Shown one piece after another: positions 47,773 through 58,087 of a stretch of DNA of 64,000 nucleotides (positions are counted from its first letter, which is position 1; the number at the start of each line of letters is the position of its first letter). The notes under the pieces were generated by a model. The model was not told where the DNA came from. It made no database searches and saw nothing but the letters and a program-made list of their open reading frames with translations. The position numbers and the translations under genes were made by a program. This DNA is from Candidatus Omnitrophota bacterium. GTDB lineage: Bacteria > Omnitrophota > Gorgyraeia > Gorgyraeales > Gorgyraeaceae. Location: contig JBHPFI010000003.1 in assembly GCA_042572045.1 (NCBI GenBank), positions 6,342-70,341 on the forward strand, read 5' to 3'.

Positions 47773-50376
47773 GTGTCCAAGATAATAAAACTTCTTTTAA
47801 TCTGCGTCTTGGCATTTTTTATTTTAGATGGCCTCATGTTGTCACGGTCATCAAATGCGCAAGACACAAAACCCCTCAAAAACGGTCTGAAGACCATAAT
47901 CAGAGAAGATCACAGAAATCCTATTGTGGTCTTTTCTGCTTTTATAGACGTCGGAGCTGCCTCTGAAGGTAAGTATTTTGGAAGCGGCATCAGCCATTTG
48001 ATAGAGCACATGCTTTTTAAGGGCACCCAAAAATATCCTCCCGGCGCCATAGCAGATATATTACATAAATATGGCGGCAAGATAGATGGTTTTACTTCAT
48101 ATGATTATACCGGGTTTCGGATAACCATTCTAAAAGAGCACAGGGCTATAGCGCTGGATATATTGAAAGAGATGCTCTCTTCCCCAAGCTTTGACGCCAA
48201 AGAATTAGAAAAAGAAAAAGCCGTGATAGAAAGAGAGATGGCATTAAACAGGGATGATCCTGGGCGGAGGGTCTCAAGGTTAACATTTTCTAACGCGTTC
48301 ACCAGACATCCTTACAAGGTACCTGTGATAGGGTACAAACAGAGTTTTAGAAGACTGAGCAGAAACGATCTTTTGGAATTTTTTAAATCAAACTATATCC
48401 CTGAAAAAACTATAATAGCGGTTATAGGGGACATAGAGCGCGATACAATGTTTTCCGAGATAGAAAAGCTCTTTGGGGAGACACCTAGGGGGAGGGGCGC
48501 ATCCCTGGCTGTGCCGCAAGAGCCGCAACAAACAGCACAAAGACGCGTTGAGGAAAAATCAGATACAAGCGGCGCGTATCTGAATATCGCTTTTCACTCT
48601 ACGAGTTTATTAGACAGGGACCTTTATGCCATGGATCTCCTTTCTTTCATATTAGGGCAGGGCGAAAGTTCGATATTGAACCAGGAGATTCGGATAAACA
48701 AGGGTCTGGCGCTATCCGTATCCGCCTATAACTACACCCCTAAAGACCCCGGCCTTTTTATTATCTCAAGCGTATTAAAAGAGGAAAACCTGAAAAGGGC
48801 TATGGATGAGATAATGAAAGAAGTGGATGTCATAAAAGAAAAAGGTGTGACTGACAAAGATCTGCTGAAGGCAAAAAATAATTTCATAACAGGCTACCTG
48901 TATCAAAAAGAAACCATTGGATCCCAGGCCAACGACTTTGCCCTTGGCCAACTATTGGCCGGAAATCCTAGTTTTTTCAAGCAATACACAGAGCGCATTA
49001 AATCAGTAACGCTGGATGACATACGGAGCGTGGCAAGGAAATACCTAACAAAGGAAAGCATGACAGTGGCAGCCTTGTCCAGATCAGGCAATGCCCTGGG
49101 TTTTGGTTTTGAAACTGTTGCGCAAAAACAAGAAAGAAAGATAAAAAAAATAACACTCAAAAACAAGCTTCCTGTCCTGATATCTGAGAACCCATCGCTC
49201 CCCATCTTATCCATTTTTCTGTTGCTGGAAGGCGGCGTAAGGCTGGAAACGGAAGAAAACAATGGGATCTCAAAGATTGTAAGCCTCATGTTTACAGACG
49301 GGACAGGCTCTATGTCAAGACAAGAGATCGCGCAGCTTTACGAGTCAAAGGCCATGTCATTTAATGCCTATTCCGGAAACAGCAGCCTTGGGATCTCTAT
49401 AACATGCTTGAAGGAATACACTGAAGACGCCATGATGCTTTTGTCTAGCTTGTGCTCCCTATCTCTCTTTCCTGAGAATGAATTAGAAAGAGAAAGAAAA
49501 GAACTCGAGGCCTCGATAGACATGCAAGACGATCAGATATTCAATCAAGGTCACAGGCTCTTAAAAGAGCTCCTCTTTAAAACACACCCCTATAGGTTTC
49601 AAATAATAGGGACACGCGATAGCATCGGTAAAACACAAAGGAATGATGTCTTAGAGTTTTATGAGGACATATTCTCATCGGATAATATGGTTTTGGGCAT
49701 ATGCGGCGATTGCAGCATAGAAGAAATAAAGGCATTGATAGAAAAATATTTCTCGGGAATCCCTCTTAAAAAAAAGGACCTTGTTTTTCCTGAAAAAGAG
49801 CGACCTATGACCAAAATCAGAGAATCCTTGATAGCGACAGATAAGGAGCAGTCCCTGGTCTTGATCGGGTTTCACGGTATAGATGTTTATGACAAAGATA
49901 GATACTCTGTTGAAATAATGATGGATATGCTTTCTAGGGAATCAGGCGTTTTGTTTAAGAGCATAAGAGAAAAACAAGGGCTTTCATATGCGACAGGAGC
50001 GTTCCAGGTTTTAGGCACAGATCCCGGATATATAGCGGCCTACGCATTGACCTCAAAGAAGGATGTCGATAAGGTTAAATTCATGATGTTTAACGAAATA
50101 GGCTCTTTTGTAAAAAACGATATACCCGATGAAGAATTAAAAAGATCCAAGAATCATCTCAAGGCAATGCGCCAGCTCGCAATGCAGACGAATTCAAGTT
50201 TTATTTTTACATCCTGCCTGGATGAACTTTATGGGCTTGGATATAACGCTTATAAGGATTATAATATAAAGATAGACAGCGTTAGCAAGGAGGATGTCGA
50301 AAGGACGGCAAAAAGACTTTTAACTCTTGATAAATGCGCTGTTGTGATATTAAAAAGTCAGGACGATCTTGATTAG
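47773..50376 (+). CDS. secreted double-module M16-family zinc peptidase
   Basis: Signal peptide, HxxEH (HLIEH) in the first module, second inactive-like M16 module, 867 aa. Confidence 0.85.
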   Translation: MSKIIKLLLICVLAFFILDGLMLSRSSNAQDTKPLKNGLKTIIREDHRNPIVVFSAFIDVGAASEGKYFGSGISHLIEHMLFKGTQKYPPGAIADILHKYGGKIDGFTSYDYTGFRITILKEHRAIALDILKEMLSSPSFDAKELEKEKAVIEREMALNRDDPGRRVSRLTFSNAFTRHPYKVPVIGYKQSFRRLSRNDLLEFFKSNYIPEKTIIAVIGDIERDTMFSEIEKLFGETPRGRGASLAVPQEPQQTAQRRVEEKSDTSGAYLNIAFHSTSLLDRDLYAMDLLSFILGQGESSILNQEIRINKGLALSVSAYNYTPKDPGLFIISSVLKEENLKRAMDEIMKEVDVIKEKGVTDKDLLKAKNNFITGYLYQKETIGSQANDFALGQLLAGNPSFFKQYTERIKSVTLDDIRSVARKYLTKESMTVAALSRSGNALGFGFETVAQKQERKIKKITLKNKLPVLISENPSLPILSIFLLLEGGVRLETEENNGISKIVSLMFTDGTGSMSRQEIAQLYESKAMSFNAYSGNSSLGISITCLKEYTEDAMMLLSSLCSLSLFPENELERERKELEASIDMQDDQIFNQGHRLLKELLFKTHPYRFQIIGTRDSIGKTQRNDVLEFYEDIFSSDNMVLGICGDCSIEEIKALIEKYFSGIPLKKKDLVFPEKERPMTKIRESLIATDKEQSLVLIGFHGIDVYDKDRYSVEIMMDMLSRESGVLFKSIREKQGLSYATGAFQVLGTDPGYIAAYALTSKKDVDKVKFMMFNEIGSFVKNDIPDEELKRSKNHLKAMRQLAMQTNSSFIFTSCLDELYGLGYNAYKDYNIKIDSVSKEDVERTAKRLLTLDKCAVVILKSQDDLD

Positions 50377-50400
50377 GATTAGACGTGTAGGCTTATTGCT

Positions 50401-51204
50401 ATGATTAGAAAACCTGTAGTTGCCGGACAATTTTATCCGCAGACCGAGGCAAGCCTCAAAAAAATGCTTTCCAATCTCATCAACACTGAATCAGAAAAGC
50501 AGGAGGTAAAAGGCATTATCATGCCTCACGCCGGCTATGTCTATTCAGGCTATGTGGCAGGCGCGACTATTTCAAAAGTAGCTATCAAAAAAACAGCCAT
50601 TATTCTAGGGACTGACCACACTGGCGCAGGCAAGCCATTTAGCATTATGACCAAGGGAAGTTGGTCAACTCCTCTGGGTGAAGTTAAAATAGATATTGAG
50701 ATCGCAGAGTCGATCCTGAAAGAAAGTGCGCTTTTAGAAGAAGATACCGCCTCTCATTTATACGAACACTCGATAGAGGTAGAGCTCCCTTTCTTACAGT
50801 ATCTAAGAAACGACCTAAAGATTGTACCGATTGGCATTTCCCGGGGGGACATAAAAGAGTACAAGCAGCTCGGAAAAGAGATAGCGGAGGGGTTTAAAAA
50901 AATAGGTAGATCTGCTCTTTTTATGGCAAGCACTGACTTTACTCACTACGAGACAAAGGGCTCTGCAGAAGAAAAGGACAGGCTTGCCATAGACGCAATA
51001 TTAGACCTTGACGAAGAGAAGCTCTTTAGAATTGTAAACGAAAATAATGTTTCAATGTGTGGCATTGCTCCGACATGCACACTCATAAGCGCGTGCAGAA
51101 ATTTAGGCGCTACAAAGGCAGGCCTTGTAAAATACCAGACAAGCGGAGATATATCAGGAGATTATACCTCTGTCGTAGGCTACGCGGGGTTAGTGATATG
51201 GTAA
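50401..51204 (+). CDS. MEMO1 / AmmeMemoRadiSam system protein B family
   Basis: PVVAGQFYP N-terminus, MPHAGYVYSG, GTDH, His/Asp/Cys metal-site pattern. Confidence 0.8.
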   Translation: MIRKPVVAGQFYPQTEASLKKMLSNLINTESEKQEVKGIIMPHAGYVYSGYVAGATISKVAIKKTAIILGTDHTGAGKPFSIMTKGSWSTPLGEVKIDIEIAESILKESALLEEDTASHLYEHSIEVELPFLQYLRNDLKIVPIGISRGDIKEYKQLGKEIAEGFKKIGRSALFMASTDFTHYETKGSAEEKDRLAIDAILDLDEEKLFRIVNENNVSMCGIAPTCTLISACRNLGATKAGLVKYQTSGDISGDYTSVVGYAGLVIW

Positions 51205-52166
51205 AGAGAGAGAAAATATCCTTTTTTGTAAAGATTGTGATAAGCTTTGGTCTGCTTTTAGGTTTATTGTGGATTATGCGCCACAATATAGGCGATGTTA
51301 TTGATATTCTGAAAAAATCCAACAAGGTATTTTTTGCAGTGGCGCTGTTGATAAGCCTGCCCCTTACGGTGGCTACATCCTTTCGTTTAAAAGTCGTCAT
51401 GTCAGGGCAGGGCATATCCCTGCCCTTAAAGGATTTTATTTATCTGACATTTATAGGGTATTTTTTTAATAATTTTTTTCCAACAGCCATCGGAGGCGAC
51501 GTTGCAAAGGGCTATTATGCTTCCAAAAAGACCAATAATGCTACCGCCTCTTATGCTGCAATATTGGTTGACAGAATGATCGGGGCCCTGTCTTGTTTGT
51601 CCATAGCTGTCATAGGCATCATTTTTGTCGGAAAAGAGATTGGAAACAACAAGGTTATTTTAGCCGTCCCTTTGATGCTGGTTGCATTGGTATCATTTTT
51701 CTTCCTCCTGGCCAATAAAGAAAGAGTTAGATTCATGCTTCCTATTTTCGAAAAAATCGGCCTGTTAAACAAAATAAAAAACACTATCTCCAAGCTGTAC
51801 AATGCCATTAATTCTTACAAACATAATGTCGGATTTCTGACAAAGGCTTATTTTTTAGGGGTGTCTACGCAGTTTTTTGCTATACTGTCAGTCTACTTTT
51901 TTGTGCTCAGTGTAGGGGGGAACATGCCCTTACTAAAGCTTTTTTTGATTATACCGCTTGTATGGGCCTTAAGCATGTTGCCTTCGCTAAATGGATTAGG
52001 CGTCAGAGAAAGTGCCTTTGTTTACTTTTTAAAAGGCGATATCGGAGCGGATAAGGCATTTTCTATCTCCATTCTGTGGCTTAGCGTAATCATCTTGTAC
52101 GGCATTATAGGAGGCGTGCTGCATTTAGCCTATCCGCTTAAGGTTAAAAAACCAGCAATAACATAG
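51198..52166 (+). CDS. flippase-like / lysylphosphatidylglycerol-synthase TM-region family membrane protein
   Basis: About 8 predicted TM helices, FFPTAIGGDVAKGYY motif. ATG 51198 overlaps the upstream stop. Confidence 0.65.
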   Translation: MVKREKISFFVKIVISFGLLLGLLWIMRHNIGDVIDILKKSNKVFFAVALLISLPLTVATSFRLKVVMSGQGISLPLKDFIYLTFIGYFFNNFFPTAIGGDVAKGYYASKKTNNATASYAAILVDRMIGALSCLSIAVIGIIFVGKEIGNNKVILAVPLMLVALVSFFFLLANKERVRFMLPIFEKIGLLNKIKNTISKLYNAINSYKHNVGFLTKAYFLGVSTQFFAILSVYFFVLSVGGNMPLLKLFLIIPLVWALSMLPSLNGLGVRESAFVYFLKGDIGADKAFSISILWLSVIILYGIIGGVLHLAYPLKVKKPAIT

Positions 52167-52176
52167 GAGGGGTCCA

Positions 52177-52338
52177 ATGATAGACAAAGAACTTTTGGAA
52201 ATACTGGCCTGCCCGGCTTGCAAGGCGAGCGTCGAGTTAAAAGAGAATAAAATTTGCTGCACCAAGTGCAAAAGAAAATACCCCGTCAGAGACGGCATTC
52301 CCATAATGTTGATAGAAGAGGCGGAGGTTGGTAGTTGA
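52177..52338 (+). CDS. Trm112-family small zinc-ribbon protein
   Basis: 53-aa ORF not in the track: LLEILACPACK...CTKCKRKYPVRDGIPIML. SD GGAGGGG upstream. Confidence 0.8.
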   Translation: MIDKELLEILACPACKASVELKENKICCTKCKRKYPVRDGIPIMLIEEAEVGS

Positions 52339-52394
52339 CAACTCTAAAAACCCACTAAATTACACATTGCTGATTTCTAAAAGAAGGAGACCTT

Positions 52395-52829
52395 ATGCTT
52401 AAGATATTAGTAATCCATGGGCCAAACTTAAATCTGCTAGGTAAAAGAGAGCCTGATGTTTATGGAAAGATTACCATCGAGGAGATCAACGAAAAACTTT
52501 GCCAACTGGCAAAGGCAAAAAAGGTTGAACTCGATATATTTCAATCGAACCATGAGGGCGAAATTGTAGATAAAATAGGCGAGACCAAAAATAAATACGG
52601 CTCCTTGCTCATAAACCCTGCCGCTTATACACATACAAGCGTTGCGATACGCGATGCGATAATGGCCACTGATATACCCACAGTAGAAGTGCATCTTTCA
52701 AACATACATTCCAGGGAAGAATTCCGACGCGCCTCACTGGTCGCACCTGTCGCAAAAGGTCAGATATCCGGATTTGGTATTGATAGCTACATATACGGCT
52801 TGGAGGCGGCGATAAAACTGGGGCTATGA
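52395..52829 (+). CDS. aroQ: type II 3-dehydroquinate dehydratase
   Basis: [44 protein letters not shown]. Confidence 0.95.
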   Translation: MLKILVIHGPNLNLLGKREPDVYGKITIEEINEKLCQLAKAKKVELDIFQSNHEGEIVDKIGETKNKYGSLLINPAAYTHTSVAIRDAIMATDIPTVEVHLSNIHSREEFRRASLVAPVAKGQISGFGIDSYIYGLEAAIKLGL

Positions 52830-53902
52830 ATTATAGCAAAAGACGAGACGGATTAATAAGATCGCTTGAATCCAAATCCCTGCACGCGCTCATTGTAAGA
52901 AAAAAGCAGAACATATCCTACCTGGTAGGCGCAAAGGGTGAAGACGCGGCCCTTTTTATTTCTAGCAAAAAAAACTTTCTTGTTACTGATTCAAGATATC
53001 AGGAAGAATACAAATGTCCTGTTAAAGATTATCAGCTAGAGGTTGTCAACGGCGAAGATCTTTGGCCATGTGTAGAACGCATCTCTAAAAAGACGAGCTC
53101 GAAGCGCATAGGATTTGAATCCCATAGTTTCTCGTATTCAGAATACCTTGATTTAAAGAAACGCGTGAAGAACGTTGCGCTTGTACCAGTGAAGAATATG
53201 GTAGAATCTCTCAGGATGCTCAAAGACGACGATGAGGTCGCATGCATTAAAAAGGCGTGCGAATATGGCTGCGATATAATGGATTACGGGCTTAAGATGC
53301 TAAGGCCTGCTCGCAGCGAGATTGCCGTAAAGACTATGATAGAGGGCTATATTGCAAAAAAACGCTTAAAGGCCGCGAGTTTTGATATTATTGTCGCGTC
53401 CGGGAAAAACGCGTCCATGCCACACGCGAGCGCATCAAAAAAGAAAATCAAGGACGGGGAGATGGTCATAATAGATTTAGGGGCAATGAATTACGGATAT
53501 AATTCTGACTTGACAAGGACTGCTTTCTTGGGTAGAATTAACCGCAAGTATCTACGCATCTACAACATTGTACTGGATGCCCAGAAAAAGGCTATAGAGC
53601 ATATCAAACCCGGGGTTCCGGTTAAGTATATAGACGCTATATCCCGTAAATATATATTAGATAAAGGCTTTGGCAGGCATTTTATACATAGCCTTGGGCA
53701 CGGGATAGGGTTAGAGACGCATGAGCTGCCGCGTGTTTCCAGGCATACTACGGCAACGTTAAAGAAAAACATGACTGTGACTATTGAGCCTGGTATTTAC
53801 ATCCCTGGGTGGGGCGGCATAAGGATCGAGGATGTCGTGCTTGTTACCGAAGACGGAAGCGAAATATTAACACAAAGGTGCGAAAAAACATTATGCAGAT
53901 AG
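52826..53902 (+). CDS. pepP: M24-family Xaa-Pro aminopeptidase
   Basis: [36 protein letters not shown]. Confidence 0.9.
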   Translation: MNYSKRRDGLIRSLESKSLHALIVRKKQNISYLVGAKGEDAALFISSKKNFLVTDSRYQEEYKCPVKDYQLEVVNGEDLWPCVERISKKTSSKRIGFESHSFSYSEYLDLKKRVKNVALVPVKNMVESLRMLKDDDEVACIKKACEYGCDIMDYGLKMLRPARSEIAVKTMIEGYIAKKRLKAASFDIIVASGKNASMPHASASKKKIKDGEMVIIDLGAMNYGYNSDLTRTAFLGRINRKYLRIYNIVLDAQKKAIEHIKPGVPVKYIDAISRKYILDKGFGRHFIHSLGHGIGLETHELPRVSRHTTATLKKNMTVTIEPGIYIPGWGGIRIEDVVLVTEDGSEILTQRCEKTLCR

Positions 53903-54453
53903 GCCTGAACCAGATGAAGAATGGCTTAAGCATAGGGCTGGATGGCGAGATTTACTCTGTCGTAAGCTGTAAACATGTAAAGCCTGGAAAAGGCGGGGCC
54001 TTCATGCGCACAAAACTAAAGAATTTAAGGTCAGGAGCGGTTGTTGACAAAACATTCAGGCCTAATGAAAAAATTGAAATCGCTTATATAGAAAAGAAGA
54101 CTATCCAGTATTTGTATTCGTCCAAGGATCTTTATGAATTTATGGACCATGACACATATGATCAGATAACCCTGCATCGGGAACAACTGGGCGACGTGGT
54201 CAACTATCTTAAGGAGAACGCGGAAGTATCCGCGCTTGTGTATAAAAATAAGATCATAGCGCTCGAGCCGCCTATTTTTATTGACTTGAAAATAGTTTCA
54301 ACTGAGCCTGGGATAAGGGGCGACACATCAAGGTCCGGGACAAAACCCGCAAAGACAGAAAGCGGCATGACCGTCTTGGTGCCGCTCTTTATAAACGAAG
54401 GGGATGTTGTGCGCATAGACACCAGAACAAAGGAATACACAGGTCGCGCGTAG
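53893..54453 (+). CDS. efp: elongation factor P
   Basis: KNGLSIGLDGEIY, HVKPGKGGAFMRTKLKNL. The internal ATG 53893 removes an arginine-rich overlap with pepP. Confidence 0.9.
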   Translation: MQIGLNQMKNGLSIGLDGEIYSVVSCKHVKPGKGGAFMRTKLKNLRSGAVVDKTFRPNEKIEIAYIEKKTIQYLYSSKDLYEFMDHDTYDQITLHREQLGDVVNYLKENAEVSALVYKNKIIALEPPIFIDLKIVSTEPGIRGDTSRSGTKPAKTESGMTVLVPLFINEGDVVRIDTRTKEYTGRA

Positions 54454-54508
54454 CATTGTCGGGGGGCCATCGTCATAAGGCCTTCACTTGTAGTCAAAGG
54501 AGCCGAAT

Positions 54509-54967
54509 ATGAATCTAAAAGAGATAAAAGAGCTGATCAATCTGATGAACGAAAACGATCTTACTGAATTAGAGGTCGAGCGCGAGGGAGCAAAGATAAG
54601 AATTAGAAAATCCTCGTCGGGAAAATTTGAGGCAGTTGCCGAAGGTCCGGCCATGCCGAGAAGGGTTCAGACGATCAATGTGGATCAAGAAGCGCTTGAC
54701 AAAAAAGAGGAAAAGCCAGAGAAAGATCTTGTGGCAATAAAAGCGCCCATGGTGGGGACATTCTACAGGAGCCCTTCGCCAGAAGCAAAGCCATGCGTAG
54801 AGATCGGTCAGGCAATAGACGTCGGTGATGTAGTTTGCATTATTGAGGCGATGAAGCTTATGAATGAAATAAAATCAGAAGTAAAAGGAAAAATAGCAGA
54901 GGTCCTTGTAGAAAACGCCAACCCCATCGAATACGGCGAATCCTTATTTATGGTAGAATCCGTATAG
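54509..54967 (+). CDS. accB: acetyl-CoA carboxylase biotin carboxyl carrier protein
   Basis: Biotinyl-lysine motif CIIEAMKLMNEI. Confidence 0.95.
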   Translation: MNLKEIKELINLMNENDLTELEVEREGAKIRIRKSSSGKFEAVAEGPAMPRRVQTINVDQEALDKKEEKPEKDLVAIKAPMVGTFYRSPSPEAKPCVEIGQAIDVGDVVCIIEAMKLMNEIKSEVKGKIAEVLVENANPIEYGESLFMVESV

Positions 54968-54975
54968 CAAAAAAT

Positions 54976-56322
54976 ATGTTTTCAAAGATATTGATAGCAA
55001 ATCGCGGAGAGGTAGCTGTAAGAATAATACGCGCCTGCAAAGAAATGGACATCAGGACGGTTTCAGTGTATTCAGACGCCGACTCAGACTCGTTGCACAC
55101 GAGATTGGCAGATGAGGCTGTTTGTATAGGCCCGCCCAGCCCTTCCGAGAGTTATCTGAATATTCCTGCCATTATAAGTGCCGCTGAGATAACAGATGTA
55201 GACGCAATACATCCGGGCTATGGATTTCTAGCAGAAAATTCGCATTTTGCGGAGATATGTGAGTCTTGCGACATTGCATTTATCGGACCTACGCCTGAGA
55301 ACATGAGGTTGTTAGGGGATAAAATGACAGCCCGTCAGACCATGCAAAAGATCGGCATACCTGTCATACCAGGCAGTCCTAATATATTGAAGACAAAAGA
55401 AGACGCGATGAAAATAGCCAAAAAATTAAAATACCCAGTAATCATCAAGGCATCCGCGGGAGGAGGCGGCAAGGGCATGAGGGTTTGTCATAATGATGTG
55501 CGTCTCGTGAGCGCTTTTATGACAGCGCAACAAGAGGCAGAATCAGCTTTTGGCAAATCTGACGTATATCTTGAAAAATACATTGAAAGACCTAGGCACA
55601 TAGAGGTTCAGATTTTAGCGGATAAATTTGGCCATATCTTTCATCTTGGCGAAAGGGATTGCACCATCCAAAGGCGCCATCAAAAATTAATAGAAGAATC
55701 CCCATCTCCTGCAATAAGGCCTAAGCTAAGAAAAAAAGTAGGAGATATGGCTGTAAAGGCTGCCAGGGCGTGCAATTATTTAAACGTCGGCACCGTGGAG
55801 TTTTTGTTTGACAGATATGAAAATTTTTACTTCTTAGAAGTGAATACAAGGATTCAGGTCGAACACCCTGTAACAGAAATGGTGACAGGGATAGATTTAG
55901 TAAAAGAACAGATAAAGATTTCTGCCGGCATTAGACTCCCGTATAAAAAACAAGACGACATAGAAATCAAGGGCGCTGCTATCGAATGCAGAATAAATGC
56001 TGAAAATCCTGAGAAAGATTTTATGCCGTGCCCGGGCAAGATAGATATGTTTTTGCCTGCGGGAGGGCCCGGTGTAAGGGTAGACTCGCATGTCTATCCC
56101 GGTTACACCATATCCCCTTATTATGACTCTATGATAGCAAAGATCATCTGCTACGGAAAAAACAGACAGCAAGCAATAAAAACCATGAAGAGGTCTTTAG
56201 ATGAGTTTTTAGTGGGCCCGATAAAGACAACAATACCTTTTCATAAGCATGTCATGGCTGATGCATTGTTTTTGCGGGGAGATTTTGCAACTGATTATGT
56301 GGAAAACTTGACCTCAAAGTAA
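54976..56322 (+). CDS. accC: acetyl-CoA carboxylase biotin carboxylase subunit
   Basis: ILIANRGEVAVRIIRA, ATP-grasp GGGGKGMR, EVNTRIQVEHPVTE. Confidence 0.95.
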   Translation: MFSKILIANRGEVAVRIIRACKEMDIRTVSVYSDADSDSLHTRLADEAVCIGPPSPSESYLNIPAIISAAEITDVDAIHPGYGFLAENSHFAEICESCDIAFIGPTPENMRLLGDKMTARQTMQKIGIPVIPGSPNILKTKEDAMKIAKKLKYPVIIKASAGGGGKGMRVCHNDVRLVSAFMTAQQEAESAFGKSDVYLEKYIERPRHIEVQILADKFGHIFHLGERDCTIQRRHQKLIEESPSPAIRPKLRKKVGDMAVKAARACNYLNVGTVEFLFDRYENFYFLEVNTRIQVEHPVTEMVTGIDLVKEQIKISAGIRLPYKKQDDIEIKGAAIECRINAENPEKDFMPCPGKIDMFLPAGGPGVRVDSHVYPGYTISPYYDSMIAKIICYGKNRQQAIKTMKRSLDEFLVGPIKTTIPFHKHVMADALFLRGDFATDYVENLTSK

Positions 56323-56365
56323 TAAAATATGGCTCAGGCGGGCACATATAGACGGAGGTGTTATT

Positions 56366-56977
56366 GTGAAAATATTTAATATAATCGCGATATTTCTATA
56401 CACCCTTTTATTTTCTATGGTCGGGGCTGTGCTTATGGCGCTTTCGCTTTACCCGTCATCTCTTGAATCAGCAATAAAGATGATAAATAGTTTATCGGAG
56501 ACGGATAATATAAGAATGGGCATGGCGTTAACAGGATTGGCGCTGATTTTTGTAAATATATCCATAGCGCAGCTTTCCATAAGAAGGCTTCGGAGGCATA
56601 AGACGGTTGCCTTTGAGAATCCATACGGACAGGTAACCCTGTCTTTGTCAGCAATAGAAGACTACATAAAAAAACTCACGCACACAATGACAGAGTTAAA
56701 CGAATTCAAGGCTAACATAAGCGCTGGTAAATCCGGCATTGAAGTTGCTGCAAAAGCAGAGCTTTATTCTGATGTGAACATTCCTGAGGTTACCGAAAAG
56801 GTGCAGAATGCGATACGAATACGCTTGCAGGAGATCCTGGGCATAGAAGAAAAGGTCGCAATAAAGATCCATGTCACAAAGATAATCCAAAGGGAAAGAG
56901 GCGTTGAGCAAAAATACACAAAAAAAGAAACCCGGCAAGGTGGTTTCAAGGGAGAAATTGAATATGGCAAGCAGTAA
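56366..56977 (+). CDS. membrane-anchored Asp23/AmaP-like (alkaline-shock-type) protein
   Basis: Two N-terminal TM helices, then a segment like Asp23-family proteins (ENPYGQVTLSLSAIEDYI). GTG start after GGAGGTG. Confidence 0.5.
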   Translation: MKIFNIIAIFLYTLLFSMVGAVLMALSLYPSSLESAIKMINSLSETDNIRMGMALTGLALIFVNISIAQLSIRRLRRHKTVAFENPYGQVTLSLSAIEDYIKKLTHTMTELNEFKANISAGKSGIEVAAKAELYSDVNIPEVTEKVQNAIRIRLQEILGIEEKVAIKIHVTKIIQRERGVEQKYTKKETRQGGFKGEIEYGKQ

Positions 56978-58034
56978 ACTAAAAAAGAGAAAAAATAAAG
57001 GCGTTGTAAAAAAAGTTGGGGTATTGACCGGCGGAGGAGATTGTCCTGGCTTAAATTCTGTTATAAGAGCGATTGTGAGATATGCGATCAGAGAAGGGTA
57101 TCGGATAACAGGAATAAAGAACGGCTGGAAAGGGTTGATTGAAAAGAATTCCATGCCCTTGGACCTTGATTCAGTCTCAGGTATCTTGCGAAGGGGCGGA
57201 ACTATATTAGGGACTTCAAGAACAAACCCGTACAAGAAAAAGGGAGATGTGGGCAAGGTAAAAGAAAACTTCAAGAAATTAGGGCTTGAGGCGTTGATAG
57301 CTATCGGAGGCGAGGACACGCTCGGGGTCGCTGCCAAACTATACAAAGAAGGTTTAAACGTGGTGGGCGCGCCAAAGACGATTGACAACGACCTTTCGTG
57401 TACAGATGTTACATTTGGCTTTGACACAGCAATAAACATCGCTACTGATGCCATTGACAGGCTCCATACCACGGCAGAGTCTCATAACAGGATCATGGTT
57501 GTTGAGGTGATGGGCAGGCATGCGGGCTGGATTGCCATAGAAGCTGGGATAGCAGGAGGGGCTGACGTAATCTTGATACCAGAGTTGCCCATAGACGTGA
57601 ATGAAGTATGCAAACTCTTAGAGAAACGTCATTCAAGGGGGAAAAGCTTTAGTATTATTGTGGTAGCAGAAGGCGCAAAGTTTAAAAAAGGCACCCTGGT
57701 CAAACAGGAAGAAAAGCTGGATTCATTTGGCCATGTTAGACTGGGCGGGATAGGTCATAATTTGGGCGAGATAATAGAAAAGAAAACAGGGTTTGAAACA
57801 AGGGTGACTGTTCTCGGGCACATACAAAGGGGCGGCACGCCTACTGCCTTTGACAGGGTGCTGGGAGCGCGCTTTGGCGTAAAGACAATGGAGCTTGTGC
57901 TCAAAAAAGATTACGGAAAGATGGCTGCTTTAAACGGCAATAAAATAGAGGCCGTCTCCTTAAAAAAGGCTGTTTCTAAACTAAAAACAGTTGATATGGA
58001 GCTTTATGATATTGCCAAGCTATTCTTTGGTTGA
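56964..58034 (+). CDS. pfk: 6-phosphofructokinase, predicted pyrophosphate-dependent
   Basis: GVLTGGGDCPGLN, IGGEDT (Asp at the E. coli Gly104 position), PKTIDND (Lys at the Gly124 position), MGRHAG. Confidence 0.85.
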   Translation: MASSKLKKRKNKGVVKKVGVLTGGGDCPGLNSVIRAIVRYAIREGYRITGIKNGWKGLIEKNSMPLDLDSVSGILRRGGTILGTSRTNPYKKKGDVGKVKENFKKLGLEALIAIGGEDTLGVAAKLYKEGLNVVGAPKTIDNDLSCTDVTFGFDTAINIATDAIDRLHTTAESHNRIMVVEVMGRHAGWIAIEAGIAGGADVILIPELPIDVNEVCKLLEKRHSRGKSFSIIVVAEGAKFKKGTLVKQEEKLDSFGHVRLGGIGHNLGEIIEKKTGFETRVTVLGHIQRGGTPTAFDRVLGARFGVKTMELVLKKDYGKMAALNGNKIEAVSLKKAVSKLKTVDMELYDIAKLFFG

Positions 58035-58087
58035 ATATTAAATCGGCAGCTAGTGAGAACTGCTGTCAAAAAAAGAGGTCGCCAGGC

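Noticed and set aside
56696-57472. 258-aa ORF on the - strand
   Set aside because: It lies entirely antisense to the well-supported amaP-like and pfk genes. Its composition is low-complexity and Ser/Phe/Leu-rich, it has no SD and no recognisable motif. It is a typical shadow ORF.
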